Shown here one piece after another: positions 21,562-32,722 of a stretch of 64,000 nt of DNA (position 1 is the first letter of the stretch; every line of letters starts with the position of its first letter). Origin of the DNA: Candidatus Poribacteria bacterium (GTDB lineage Bacteria; Poribacteria; WGA-4E; JAJDTR01); the NCBI GenBank assembly GCA_965222225.1, contig CBDCTK010000002.1:5440001-5504000 (forward strand), read 5' to 3'. Below the pieces are notes generated by a model, which searched no databases, had not been told where the DNA came from, and worked only from the letters and a program-made list of their open reading frames with translations. The position numbers and the translations under genes are program-made.

Positions 21562-23094
21562 TTAGGATTCTTGTCCTTCTTGTACAACGTAAATGTCCGC
21601 ATGAAAAGTGTTCGTGCTACCAGCCTTGCTGTCCAAACTTGTAGCCCCCAATTTAAAGAGCTGCCTTCGTTTGAAACCGTGAAAAATGTGTCCGGTTCCG
21701 CCGGGTGGAACATCCCAGGTTCCAGTCAGCGCCTCATCTGGAGATCTATCTGTAGTTAGGTCTGTGTGGCTATCAAACAATTCAAACGTACCGGCTGCGT
21801 CACCCCTGCCCACCTGTATCTTAATGTAGAGTATCCCGTCGTGTTCAAAAGGGGTCGTGTCTATTTCAACAGGCGTGTACTTCGGCGCGTCAGTGCCAGA
21901 GGCGCGAAAAGTGTGCAAAACCTCTTTCAACTTTCGTCCCAAACTGATGGGTTTTGCTTCTAAATTCAACAGACATTTTCCTTCAAACGCTTCTAGGGAA
22001 CGCCGTAGCAGCGTTAAGTAGGCTTCTGCCCTATTCCTGTATGGGAGCGCCATCTCCGGCTGATGCATAATAACCTCCGCCTCCGACGACAGCACCAGAA
22101 TGTCCACCGAATCCGTATAATTCTGTTGAAGTTTTGTCGCGACAAGACGGGCGCCATCCCCTTTCGCACCGCCCATCAGCTCTGGCAACTCCCTTAGGAG
22201 CACCCATGTGTTTACAAACTTCTCATTGAGCGTATTTATCACTTCTGAATTGGAGAACTGACCCGCCCTCAAGTATTTGGCGTTCGCTCAGCAGGATTCA
22301 TCGTCGAGTGGCCCCCAAACAAGGATTGCATGAATTGGGTGGCTCGTTGCCTTGGCAAGCGGAACGGCTTCTTCAAGCGGACGCCATTCAATCTCGGCGA
22401 ATTTGTAGAACCTCAATTCCAACGCTCTACGCGCTTCTTCCACCGTGATGGCGCCTTCCCACGCAATCCTGCCCCGGTCTTCGGCGACGGTGGCGAGAAG
22501 TTCCATGCGCGGCACAAAGACCATATCAACGCCTTCAAAGGCGCCGATGTCAACATTGCTATTCCGTGGTGGAAGATAGAGTGAGAACGCGCGAACTGTC
22601 CGTCTCTTCAGGTTAATCACTAATCGTCCCGCGAATTGCGATAAGATGTAACGAGATTTTCCCTCATCATCATTCAGCGAATTGGCGACCCGCCACGCCT
22701 CATAAGCATCACTTGACAGAACCAACTCCGCATGAATTCGGAATGCTATCTCCGCGTAATGTGACGAGATCGCGCGGAGACACGCGTAAGCACCTTCCTC
22801 GCCGTGATGTAGTGCTGTCGTTGCGCCCGAGTGAAACTGGTGAAGGAACGGAACAACCCCATGCGAATCGAGTTGCCACACGTCCCCTACCTCTACATCC
22901 GACGATGGAAGAAACACTTTGAAGGCGTCTATGCCGTATTCTTTGATTGGGTGGCTGGGCGAAAAATTGAACAATTCAACGTGTATTGGTGAGGCCTTGT
23001 GTAGATTAAACGCGGAATCTGCAATCGCATCCCAATGTGCCGCCACCTGCACGCTAGTTGAACACTGAAGCGCATCAGTTAAATCAATTTTCAT
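21562..23094 (-). CDS. Selenoprotein N (SELENON)-like protein with in-frame UGA at 22288-22290 read as Sec (~510 aa)
   Basis: The two ORFs are in the same frame and separated only by TGA: WGPLDDESC-U-ANAKYLRAGQFSNSEVINTLNEKFVNTW. GGAGG RBS precedes ATG 23094. Confidence 0.85.
22250..22272 (-). promoter_or_regulatory. Putative bacterial SECIS hairpin
   Basis: Stem GAGGGC/GUUCUC with loop GGGUCA. The loop starts 24 nt after the UGA. Confidence 0.6.
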
Positions 23095-23669
23095 TTTACC
23101 TCCAGGCAAAACTACCGTTGCTCGATTCATCAGGACTGGAACGTTGTATTTTCCAGCAATGGATTGACGAATTGATTGGTTTTGGACGTCCGACTCTTAG
23201 TAAGTGGAATACTGCTGAAGAGGGGTACGGTCCTATCTGCGCTGTTTATCCGATTGAGTGGTGGTAAATGCTATTTCACCCTACGATATCAAAGCGCCGT
23301 CAGCTATTGCACTGAATCCTACGCGGCAAAATTTCCATGCCCGCAGCAAGGGACTCTGCGCATGAACTTTCAATCTCTAACTATAACACAATTTCGGATG
23401 CACTTTTCGGTGGATTTGCAGGCACAATTCAATGGCTTGAGAGGGTTTTGGCTCGCGGAATAAAAAGTGTTTGTGTGGCGTACCGGCAGGGATCTTGCTA
23501 ATTTTAATCAGCGTGAAGGCTTGGGCGTTATGAATGTTGTAGGGAGATTGATTTGCTTCCAAGAATCCGGACTCGCCCTATAGTCATGGGAAGGAATAGG
23601 TCATGAGCGAAGTCCTTCGGAGAATCCGAATACATAATTCCGAGTTGTCCGAATCCCCAATAGCTGGAT

Positions 23670-23996
23670 TCACTCATCGGTCGTGGCATTCCATTTCGAC
23701 ATCTTGTACAGGACGTTGTTCCGATACAGATAGTGTTGATTTCCATGCCATTGTACACGCCAATAGTCAAAGCCGCGTTCAAACTCAATGATGCGGTCTG
23801 GGGAGCCGAGTTTGGCTCGTAATTTTTCACTAGCACGAATATCACGCTTGATGAGGTATCGCGTCAGGATTGCAACGCCGGATAGAATTGCAACCATCCC
23901 TAATTTCCCTTGGGTTTTTGGCGTAACGCTATATGTTTTGGGAATAACGGCGAATAAAAGCGAGGTTACGAGTATACATCCGATTATCTTTTTCAT
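23670..23996 (-). CDS. Small exported or membrane hypothetical protein
   Basis: Signal peptide MKKIIGCIL.., a second hydrophobic helix and a KLGSPD motif. Co-oriented with the upstream operon. Confidence 0.6.
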   Translation of the reverse strand: MKKIIGCILVTSLLFAVIPKTYSVTPKTQGKLGMVAILSGVAILTRYLIKRDIRASEKLRAKLGSPDRIIEFERGFDYWRVQWHGNQHYLYRNNVLYKMSKWNATTDE

Positions 23997-24056
23997 TTTG
24001 TTTGAATGGGATGCTCAGAGGGAAATATTGTAGCGAGAGTCTTCTGGGTTACCTGC

Positions 24057-25445
24057 TTAACGTTTTGCTAACCAAGTTTGGTCGAAAGCTACAACGCCAC
24101 CCCAACCGATGTTGAGGTTGCGGAGGTGTGACTGACACAAGAAATTTGATGGTAGCAGGTAGAGTGGAATTAAAGCGTCGGAATGGTTAAACCGATCAAT
24201 CGCAGTGTCGGCGCCTTGAGGGAGTGGAACTGATAGCAACGCAAGATTGGCGCCACGGTCTCTTAGGGTATTCTGAAGAGGGACCGAATCTGCGTTGACC
24301 ATAGAGACTTGCAACCCGATCTGAGACAGAAAACTTCGCTGTAATCGCGCGGCAATTTCATTACCGGTGTTGTCAGGCAGAGGAGCAAATATGAGATTAA
24401 CGGCGGGCACGCCCTTCAGACGCCGACGCGCTTTGATTGGATTGTAGTATCGCGGAGACAGTATTGAAGTTACCTGAGTGCATTGAGCACCGTACTGCAA
24501 TCGTAGTAGCTCATCAACATCAACAGCGTATTTCAGAACATTGTACCATACCTGCGACTTAGATTTCTCCGGCACACGTCGAAGATAAACACCAACAGCC
24601 GCATCCGTTTGAGTTAGGATTTCATCTGAATCATCGTCTCTACGTCTGGGAGTTTCAGTGAGTGGCAGGTATAATGAATCCAGAGTACCTGATTCAAAAT
24701 CAAACAGCGCTTGGCGGACTTCCCCATAGTAGCGGAACGTGATGTCGTCCAGATAAGGTTTTCCCCATGCGTACGCGGCATTCGCCTTGATTCGAATTTC
24801 CTCGGGTTGGAAGGACGCTAGACGGAAGCGACCAGTGCCTATAGAGGGCAATTCATGTCTGCCTGTTATGTCCGGCTTGATAATCCATGCGTTTGGCCCC
24901 GTGAGTTTAATTAGAAACTCGATATCCGGCTCCTTGAGCACCACCTGTAGATGACGATTATCTAAAACGTGGATGCCGGAAACCGTATCAGTGTTACCGC
25001 GTCTACAATCAATCGCCCCATCAATGAAAAATAGCGGGTTGAACCAACTGCTAACGATCTCGCCTATGCAATCCTCCTTTATGAATCGTTCCCAAGCCCG
25101 TTTTACGTCGGTTGCTTGTACCGCCTCGCCATCGTGAAATCTAGCATTTTCGGCGATTGCAAACGTCCACGTGCGATAGTCCGATGAATGTTTCCAACTT
25201 TGAGCAATTCCGGCAACAATCTCTCCAAAGCTATTACGCCTCACAAGCCCTTCGTACAATTGAGAAGCTATCTGCAACTCGGCATGATTTAGATAATTGG
25301 AATTGTCAAGCGTAGTTACACGTTGAAAGACGGCGTGCCGTAGTTTGCCGCCGAATCGCGGTGGCGACGAAGACTCAACGCCTGTGGGCATCAAACAAGA
25401 AGCAATCACTAAGAGGAAAAGAAAAGAGTGGTTCCGTGTGTCCAT
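24057..25445 (-). CDS. ABC transporter substrate-binding protein, family 5 (peptide/nickel)
   Basis: LYEGLV, ARFHDG..DVK, IGTGRF and GKPYLDDI. Confidence 0.85.
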   Translation of the reverse strand: MDTRNHSFLFLLVIASCLMPTGVESSSPPRFGGKLRHAVFQRVTTLDNSNYLNHAELQIASQLYEGLVRRNSFGEIVAGIAQSWKHSSDYRTWTFAIAENARFHDGEAVQATDVKRAWERFIKEDCIGEIVSSWFNPLFFIDGAIDCRRGNTDTVSGIHVLDNRHLQVVLKEPDIEFLIKLTGPNAWIIKPDITGRHELPSIGTGRFRLASFQPEEIRIKANAAYAWGKPYLDDITFRYYGEVRQALFDFESGTLDSLYLPLTETPRRRDDDSDEILTQTDAAVGVYLRRVPEKSKSQVWYNVLKYAVDVDELLRLQYGAQCTQVTSILSPRYYNPIKARRRLKGVPAVNLIFAPLPDNTGNEIAARLQRSFLSQIGLQVSMVNADSVPLQNTLRDRGANLALLSVPLPQGADTAIDRFNHSDALIPLYLLPSNFLCQSHLRNLNIGWGGVVAFDQTWLAKR

Positions 25446-25494
25446 CAGATTAGTCTAAAGCATTTGGGCCTACGGGAAAGTTCGTTTGAATATG

Positions 25495-28400
25495 CTAGCC
25501 GACGCGATTGTATCCATAACCCTCTCCCGTAATTTGAAACAGTGCATCTGCGGCATGGAAGTGGATGTCGGCGTCCTGATCTTTCAAGACCGTTTCGAGA
25601 ACTGACACTGCTTTGGAGTTCTTGGCATTGCCTAAGGCTTTAGTAATGTCGATTCTTAGATTCTTAGCTGTCTTGCTCGCTTGTAGGGTTTGCAATTTCT
25701 CAAGCAACGCAGAAACTGCTTCATCAGTGCCGAGTTTTCCGAGGGCAATTGCCGCGTCGCGGCGAATCTCTTCGTGATTGGTTTCGTCGTTAAACACTTC
25801 TATTAAATCTGGTACCGTTGCGAGGTCAGCGAGTTCTCCCATTCCCTGTGTTGCGCCACGTCTGACATCTTTGTCGAGTTCCGTTTCACCTTTCATTATC
25901 TTCACGAGTTCATCTTTGAGTTCACGAATCCCGCTTTTACCAATGCCAAGGGCTGTTGCCTGACGTACCTCTTTTTTTGGGGCGCCAAGCAGTGTCCTTA
26001 GCCTCGCGATAACTTGTGAAGTATCTTGTGCAACATCACAGTGTACAAGTGCGAGCGATGCCGCGGTTCTTATCGGGTCATCCTCCCATGGATCCTCCAT
26101 CCGCTGCTCTAGTTTGGGGGCAACAAAAGCGGGTAGCCGGAAAGATTTGGCAGCGGCAACGAATGCCTCCCAAGACCAATTGCGTTTTAGTTCCTCGTGT
26201 ATTGCTACGATATATTCCGTTTCATCAGCGACACGTCGCCCTAAAGCTTCAGCGGCGCGTTGGCCCCCAATCTCGGCAAGTGCCGCAGCCGCCTTTGTAC
26301 GAGCTGAGGCCTTCGCTAGCTCATCCGTACTGGCGTCAAGGGGTACGCTCCGATCTTCCAGAATTGCAATCAGTTCTGGCACAGCTTTCGTACTCTTAAG
26401 CTTTCCCAGTGCTGAGATAGCATTGTTGTAAGTATCTCCAGATTCCGTTGTTAGGGCGTAAAGAAGCTGAGGCTCAACACTTCTGTCGCCAATGGCGCCT
26501 AGTGCAGCCACACTTGCTGCCCGTACTGCAGTGTCTTGCAACCTGTCTTGAACCAGCGAGATAAGTTTCCCATCAGCCTTGGCATCCTTAATCGCACCTA
26601 ATGCTGCAGCGGCTTTTGCTCGTACTTCAGCGTTCCTGTCGTCAAGCGCAGCCAAGAGCGGGGCAGATGCGCGTTCATCCAGCTGCGCACCTAACGCTAC
26701 TGCTGCTTCCGCGCGAATGGATTTGTACTCGCTTTCATCCTGAAGCATCCTGATTAAAGCGTCGACGGAGCGCCTATCTTTATATTTGCCGAGAGCAGTA
26801 ATTGCGGCTTTACGAACAACATAACTCGGATGCTGCAATTCCAATTTGAACACATCTGCGAGATTCTTAACCGATGCGATGTGTTCAAGAGTCCCTAACG
26901 TCGTTAGTAGTGTCCAGTGCGTCCATTCATCATCCGCAGATTTAAGTGCATCTTGAATAAATTTTGCCGTGGGTGCCCCGCCGTCCTTTGTCAGAGAGGC
27001 AACAACCTCAGTCATGACAGATTGAACTTCGTGATCCTCCTCAAACGTGCCCATCCCCTTCTGAAGTACATCAACCAAACCTGCATCTGTTTGTGTCGGG
27101 TTCAGTTCACGAAGCGCAATTGCAGCTTGCTTACGAGTTGATTCATACTTGTCCTTCTTCAGGACAGAGAGTAAAGGCGCAATGACACGGTCACCCTTAA
27201 TCTTGCCCAAGGCAGTTGCAACTTCCTGCCGGACAACTCCTTGCTCATCCTTGAGCGCATTCAGTAAATGCGAAACAGTAGATTCGCCATTAAGTTCGCC
27301 CAACGCTAAAGCTGCACCTCGCCGAACCGTGGCACGTTCATCGTCTTTCAGGGCAGATATCAAGGTATCTAGTACCTCGTCTCCCTTTTTGTAGATATTG
27401 AGAATTTCGTCGACTTTTCTACAATGGTAGTGCACTTGACTCTCTTTGTCTGTCAGAAACCAAATCTCGTCCGATTTATCAACAGTAACGTCGCTGTTCT
27501 GAGATAACGCGCTTCCATGGCTCATGAATTCCTGGCGTAATTCCTCAGGAATATCGCCGCTGTTGAGATCTGCTTCATACATTGCTCGTCTAGTGCTACT
27601 AAACAGCAATTCTCCTTTAATCTTGCCAAGAGCGACTGCAGCCTCGCTCCGTACAAGACTCGGTATAGACTTTAACTCTCCCCATGTTCGGTACACCGGT
27701 TGCGGGTAATCCGAAGTCCATTTAACTTTTAGGCCTTCAATTGCAATCCTAAATCCGGCAAGAGTATTGTATCTTCGTTTCATGCGGCGTTGGAAATCCT
27801 TAACCTCATCATATCGCGTTGATAGAATCCAGAGAAGCGCGTCTACCGATTCATTGGATTTAATCTCACCCAAAGCTGTAACCGCCGCTTTACGAATGAC
27901 TGGGCTTGTATCGTCACTCAACACTAACAACATCAAGGATTGAACGACCTTGGTCGACTTGAGTTGCCCTAGCGAGGTAATCGCAGTCGTACGCACTGTC
28001 TCGCGCTGCTGTTTATCCATTGCCATCGTGACAAGTCCATGAATAACCTCGTCTGTACTTACACTAATCAGCCCGAGTGCGACAGCGGCATTTGTAGCGG
28101 TGGTTTCATCCAAACTAAGTGCGTGTGCCAACGCTGAAATCGCGCTGTTGTTGGGACCTCTTGCTCTCATTAAACCTAGTGCTTTGGCAGCGTGAGCCTT
28201 GACTTCCTTTCTCTGATCGTTGCTCCTGAGAGCCGCTATCAGTGGTCCAATCGTGCGCCGGTCTTGAATTTGGCTTAAGGCTTCTGCGATACTAATTCGA
28301 ATCTTTTCTGTCTCATGTTCCAAAGCGGGATAAAGGTATGGTGTTGCCGCTGTCCCCATTGCGACCAAAGCATTCAGCGCGCTTACGCGAAGGTCGTCAT

Positions 28401-29556
28401 CTGCCAAGAGGTTGACAAGTCGCGGAATCGTCGCACGGGACCGTAACGTACCGAGGACCTCAATTGCCAATGCTTGAGTGCTTACCCTTCGTTTTTGAAG
28501 ACGGGAATCATCTATGAAAACGTTGGCGATATATTGATATTCCTGCATAAACTCTGAGTCCCCGCTGGGGATAACATCCCTTGCACGAGTATCTAGCACT
28601 TCAAGCAGCGGAGGAACCGAAGCGTCTCCAATCTCAACTAGAGCCTTCGCAGCCGCACTTGTTACATAGGTATTTGAATCCGCTAGGAGACGAATCATCT
28701 CATCAATCCCCGCCTCTGCTTTCAGCCGCCCAATCAATTTCGCCGCGTGAATCCGTACTTGAGTTGTGTTCGTTTTGGTGGCTTCTTTTAAAGCCGGCAC
28801 AACAGCAGCTTCGTCTATTAACTTTTCCAGCGCAACTATGACACGATAGAGTACATCAGGGAATTCGTCCTTTTTCTGCAACACAGACTCAAAGGTCGGA
28901 ATCAGTTCCACGCTGCGCAGATTGCCAAGATGCTTGATTGCTTCCCGCCGGATGCGAGGATCGCGGTGCTGCGTTGCCTGAATCAGCAGGTTGATGACCG
29001 CATCGTTTGTTGTAGCTCCTTGAATTAACCGAACTGCGGTTTCACGAGGGGCGGGCTGAAAGCACTTCTCACCCTCCAACAACGCCGTGATAATCACCGG
29101 ATTGGGTTGATTTACCAAATCAGATAGCAAACTTGATTGCTTTACAGCGGTTTCGGCAAACGAATCAACCAAGAAGCCGCTAATTGAGTTTCTTGACCGG
29201 ATGAGTCGTTCTTGTCGATCCAGTTCGTCAGAATCCGGATCTTCCCGATTACTGATTTCTTGAATGTCCTCATTCAGCGGTTTTAGATGACTTAACACTT
29301 GCTCAAGACCTGATTGCCAAGCGGAAACGTCTGAACTTGAGCGCAGTCGAAGCAATTGCTGGAGCGACAGTGCTTCAGCTTGCTTGGGATTGTTTGCAAG
29401 AGCCCTTTCAACTGCCGATTGAACCGCAGAATAATCACCCTCGGCAGTCGCCAATCGCGCATCAAGGATGTCCTTATCTTCTTTTTCCCCACAGCCTATG
29501 GAAAAGCCTACAATCAATATAACAACACTAATAGAAAAAAGAGTTTTCTGATTCAT
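25495..29556 (-). CDS. Large HEAT/PBS-lyase repeat lipoprotein
   Basis: Lipobox SIGC and many VRxxAAxALGxI repeats. Confidence 0.88.
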   Translation of the reverse strand: MNQKTLFSISVVILIVGFSIGCGEKEDKDILDARLATAEGDYSAVQSAVERALANNPKQAEALSLQQLLRLRSSSDVSAWQSGLEQVLSHLKPLNEDIQEISNREDPDSDELDRQERLIRSRNSISGFLVDSFAETAVKQSSLLSDLVNQPNPVIITALLEGEKCFQPAPRETAVRLIQGATTNDAVINLLIQATQHRDPRIRREAIKHLGNLRSVELIPTFESVLQKKDEFPDVLYRVIVALEKLIDEAAVVPALKEATKTNTTQVRIHAAKLIGRLKAEAGIDEMIRLLADSNTYVTSAAAKALVEIGDASVPPLLEVLDTRARDVIPSGDSEFMQEYQYIANVFIDDSRLQKRRVSTQALAIEVLGTLRSRATIPRLVNLLADDDLRVSALNALVAMGTAATPYLYPALEHETEKIRISIAEALSQIQDRRTIGPLIAALRSNDQRKEVKAHAAKALGLMRARGPNNSAISALAHALSLDETTATNAAVALGLISVSTDEVIHGLVTMAMDKQQRETVRTTAITSLGQLKSTKVVQSLMLLVLSDDTSPVIRKAAVTALGEIKSNESVDALLWILSTRYDEVKDFQRRMKRRYNTLAGFRIAIEGLKVKWTSDYPQPVYRTWGELKSIPSLVRSEAAVALGKIKGELLFSSTRRAMYEADLNSGDIPEELRQEFMSHGSALSQNSDVTVDKSDEIWFLTDKESQVHYHCRKVDEILNIYKKGDEVLDTLISALKDDERATVRRGAALALGELNGESTVSHLLNALKDEQGVVRQEVATALGKIKGDRVIAPLLSVLKKDKYESTRKQAAIALRELNPTQTDAGLVDVLQKGMGTFEEDHEVQSVMTEVVASLTKDGGAPTAKFIQDALKSADDEWTHWTLLTTLGTLEHIASVKNLADVFKLELQHPSYVVRKAAITALGKYKDRRSVDALIRMLQDESEYKSIRAEAAVALGAQLDERASAPLLAALDDRNAEVRAKAAAALGAIKDAKADGKLISLVQDRLQDTAVRAASVAALGAIGDRSVEPQLLYALTTESGDTYNNAISALGKLKSTKAVPELIAILEDRSVPLDASTDELAKASARTKAAAALAEIGGQRAAEALGRRVADETEYIVAIHEELKRNWSWEAFVAAAKSFRLPAFVAPKLEQRMEDPWEDDPIRTAASLALVHCDVAQDTSQVIARLRTLLGAPKKEVRQATALGIGKSGIRELKDELVKIMKGETELDKDVRRGATQGMGELADLATVPDLIEVFNDETNHEEIRRDAAIALGKLGTDEAVSALLEKLQTLQASKTAKNLRIDITKALGNAKNSKAVSVLETVLKDQDADIHFHAADALFQITGEGYGYNRVG

Positions 29557-29650
29557 GCGTCAGGCTCCTTAATTGAATTTGATATACGTCAAATCAGGAT
29601 TGCAAAACGATAAAGCTTCTATATCTGTTTTCTAGGTACTTCTATTCACT

Positions 29651-32600
29651 TTAATTTCCCGAGATCGCCAGCTTTGTGAGATCACCAACAACATTTAACT
29701 TAATGGCAATTGAATTCAATAGTGCCAAGCGGTTGAATCGGAGTTCAGCGTTTTCAGACATTACAAGGACTTCATCGAAAAACCGATCAATTGCTGGCTG
29801 GAGGTATCCCAGATGAGTAAGTAGCTGGGCATAAGCATGTTTATCAACGGCATTCTGAAGTTTCGGTTCAGCTTTCGCTATCGCAGCCGCCAATTCAATC
29901 TCAGCCACATCTTGCAAGAGATTGGGATTAACTTCGGTCGGAGGAGTATCCGGTAAGATTCGTAAAACGCGATTCAAGGCAGGGTATATACTGTTGAAGT
30001 CATGTTCATCTCGAAATGCGGCAATGACTTCCGCTCGTTTCAAAACGTCTATGATGTCAAGCTCGCCGGTCGCGAGTACCATATCAAGAATGTCCGGTTC
30101 ATAGCCCTTGGCCTGCAACAGGACTTCAATTCGCCCCTCAAAGAACTCAAGTAAAGCGGACTTCGTATCTTCCGCCAACTCTACTCGATACAGTCTGACG
30201 GACTCTTCGATTATGGACCCGAGCGGAAGGTGGAATTTCTTTTCCAACAGAATACGTGCCACTCCAATTGCTTGGCGCCTCAACGAATAGGGGTCCTGTG
30301 AACCCGTTGGTCGCTCATTGATGCCAAAGTAGCCGACCAAGGTATCAATTTTGTCCGCGATTGATAAGGTAACACCGGCATCCGTTTGAGGCAATGCTCC
30401 ATCGGCAGAGATAGGTTGATAATGTTCCTCAATGGCGAGCGCAACTTCGGGCGCCTCTTCAGAGTTCTGAGCGTAATACTTTCCTACGATACCTTGCAGA
30501 GACGGGAACTCAATCACCATGAGCGTGGTCAAATCCGCTTTGCAAAGTTGTGCTGCTCGAACCGCGTGCTTCTTTGAAACCTCGGAAAACCCACCTTGTG
30601 AGGCATTCCGACCAATCTCATCCATGATGAAACCGGCAAGTGCATCTAATCGTTTGGCTTTGTCTAGCAACGAGCCAAGTTTGGCATGGAAAACGACGTC
30701 ACGCAACCGATCGACCTTGTCCGACAGGAGTGTCTTTTGATCTTCCCGGTAGAAAAACTCGGCATCATTTAATCTTGCGTGAAGAACGCGTTCATTGCCA
30801 TGCCTTACACCATCGTGATTCCCATCAGTTCCGTTGGAAATGATGATAAACTTCGCCTTGAGTTTGCCGTCACTTGACCACATCGGAAAGTAACGTTGAT
30901 AGCTTTTCATCGGCGTAATTAAGACTTCGGTTGGCAAAGAGAGGTGAGACTTACTAAAGCTTCCGACAATCGGCTGAGGATTTTCGACGAGATAAGTAAC
31001 GGTATTCAACAACTCATAATCAATCTCCACTAGGCATCCTTCAGCTTCCAAGATCTCGGTCACTTGTCGCTCAATCCTATTCCGTCGTTCCTCCTGATCT
31101 ACGACGACATTTATTTTCCGAAGCTGCTTGATGTAACTCTCTAAGGACGCGTCCGTTAATTCAATGGGTTCAGGATTGAGAGAACGATGTCCGTAAGTGC
31201 GCCGTCCAGACCGAAGTGTGTCAAGTTGAAAATCAACTACCCGATCGCCGAAGAGGACAACCAACCAGCGAATGGGACGAGCAAACCGCAACTTGTCCCA
31301 GCGCATGGTCTTGGGGAAGCTCAACGATTGAATCCATATGGGAAGGATTTCCTTTAAGAATTCTATGGCAGGACGCCCTTTTTCTAGCTTGGAAGACGCT
31401 ACATATTCTCCGCGTTCCGTCTCAACAATCTTTAAATCCGTGACATCAACTCCCTGCGTTTTCGCAAACCCGATAGCGGCCTTCGTTGGTCCTCCATTCT
31501 CATCGTAGGCAACTCGCCTCGGTGGACCAACTACCTCGGACACATCGTCGCTTTGAGTGGTTGCCAACCCTTTGACACAGAGTGTTAAACGGCGCGGGGT
31601 TGCTAATGTGTGTATTTCCTCAAATGAAAGACGATGCGTCTCAAGAGAGTTCGACGCAATATTTCTAAGTTGTTCCAATGCGGGGGCAAGATAACCGGTT
31701 GGAATCTCTTCCGTGCCAATTTCAAACAACAGATCCGCCGATTCATCGGATGTCACTGTCGCCTTCTTCGGTTCTTCCTCTATGGCATCTTCTTGTGTTC
31801 TCGGTGCCCAGCGATTCAATAGAGGATGTCCCATCTTCTCGCGTTGCTCTACATATGCGCGAGCGGTCTGCTGTGCTAGGCGCCGTACTCGTTCGATATA
31901 GTTGACACGCTCCGTGACACTGATAACCCCCCGAGTGTCAAGCATATTGAAAGTATGCGAGCATTTGAGCACATAATCAGTTCCGGGTAATACGAGTCCA
32001 CTCTCAAGGCAAGCGCGCGCTTCCTTCTCGCACGCATCAAAGTGTTGGAGCAGCATCTTGGTGTCGGAGTGTTCAAACGCGTAACGGGAGTACTCCACTT
32101 CGCTCTGGTGATGAACATCCCCATACTGAAGCTGATCGTTCCAGCGAATATTGAAGAAACTATCGACATCCTGCAGGTAAAGCGCAATGCGCTCTAGCCC
32201 GTATGTGAGTTCGGCGCAAATTGGGTCTAGCTCAATACTTCCCATCTGTTGAAAGTAGGTAAACTGTGTAATTTCGGCGCCGTTCCACCAAACTTCCCAG
32301 CCTAGACCCGAGGCTCCGAGCGTCGGCGATTCCCAATCATCTTCGACGAAACGCAAATCGTTCTTGCGTGGATCGACGCCCAGATGATGTAGACTTTCGA
32401 GATAGAGTGGAAGCACATTTGTTGGCGCCGGCTTCAAGATGACCTGATACTGATAATGCGCTCCAAGCCGAAACGGATTTTCGCCATAACGTCCGTCCGT
32501 AGGTCGTCGCACCGGTTCAACATAAGCGACCTGCCACGGTTCGGGGCCAAGACAACGCAGAAACGTTGCCGGATTGAATGTTCCGGCGCCGACCTCAATA

Positions 32601-32677
32601 TCACAAGGTTGCTGGATAGTACAGCCGTAATCTGCCCAAAATTCCTCTAAGGCAAGTATAATTTCTTGAAAAGTCAT
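29651..32677 (-). CDS. glyQS: Glycine--tRNA ligase, fused alpha and beta subunits
   Basis: Alpha motifs [21 protein letters not shown] and ELTYGLERI, followed by beta motifs [19 protein letters not shown] and [10 protein letters not shown] in one ORF. Confidence 0.95.
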   Translation of the reverse strand: MTFQEIILALEEFWADYGCTIQQPCDIEVGAGTFNPATFLRCLGPEPWQVAYVEPVRRPTDGRYGENPFRLGAHYQYQVILKPAPTNVLPLYLESLHHLGVDPRKNDLRFVEDDWESPTLGASGLGWEVWWNGAEITQFTYFQQMGSIELDPICAELTYGLERIALYLQDVDSFFNIRWNDQLQYGDVHHQSEVEYSRYAFEHSDTKMLLQHFDACEKEARACLESGLVLPGTDYVLKCSHTFNMLDTRGVISVTERVNYIERVRRLAQQTARAYVEQREKMGHPLLNRWAPRTQEDAIEEEPKKATVTSDESADLLFEIGTEEIPTGYLAPALEQLRNIASNSLETHRLSFEEIHTLATPRRLTLCVKGLATTQSDDVSEVVGPPRRVAYDENGGPTKAAIGFAKTQGVDVTDLKIVETERGEYVASSKLEKGRPAIEFLKEILPIWIQSLSFPKTMRWDKLRFARPIRWLVVLFGDRVVDFQLDTLRSGRRTYGHRSLNPEPIELTDASLESYIKQLRKINVVVDQEERRNRIERQVTEILEAEGCLVEIDYELLNTVTYLVENPQPIVGSFSKSHLSLPTEVLITPMKSYQRYFPMWSSDGKLKAKFIIISNGTDGNHDGVRHGNERVLHARLNDAEFFYREDQKTLLSDKVDRLRDVVFHAKLGSLLDKAKRLDALAGFIMDEIGRNASQGGFSEVSKKHAVRAAQLCKADLTTLMVIEFPSLQGIVGKYYAQNSEEAPEVALAIEEHYQPISADGALPQTDAGVTLSIADKIDTLVGYFGINERPTGSQDPYSLRRQAIGVARILLEKKFHLPLGSIIEESVRLYRVELAEDTKSALLEFFEGRIEVLLQAKGYEPDILDMVLATGELDIIDVLKRAEVIAAFRDEHDFNSIYPALNRVLRILPDTPPTEVNPNLLQDVAEIELAAAIAKAEPKLQNAVDKHAYAQLLTHLGYLQPAIDRFFDEVLVMSENAELRFNRLALLNSIAIKLNVVGDLTKLAISGN

Positions 32678-32722
32678 GATTTCAAAGACGAAATACGCAC
32701 CGTCTTTTATGCTTCTTAGTGG

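Noticed and set aside
22288-22290. Genome-wide UGA reassignment or a simple nonsense mutation
   Set aside because: tatD, maf, ogg and the GT4 gene end at TGA at their expected lengths. This TGA falls in the SelN Sec column and is followed by a hairpin.
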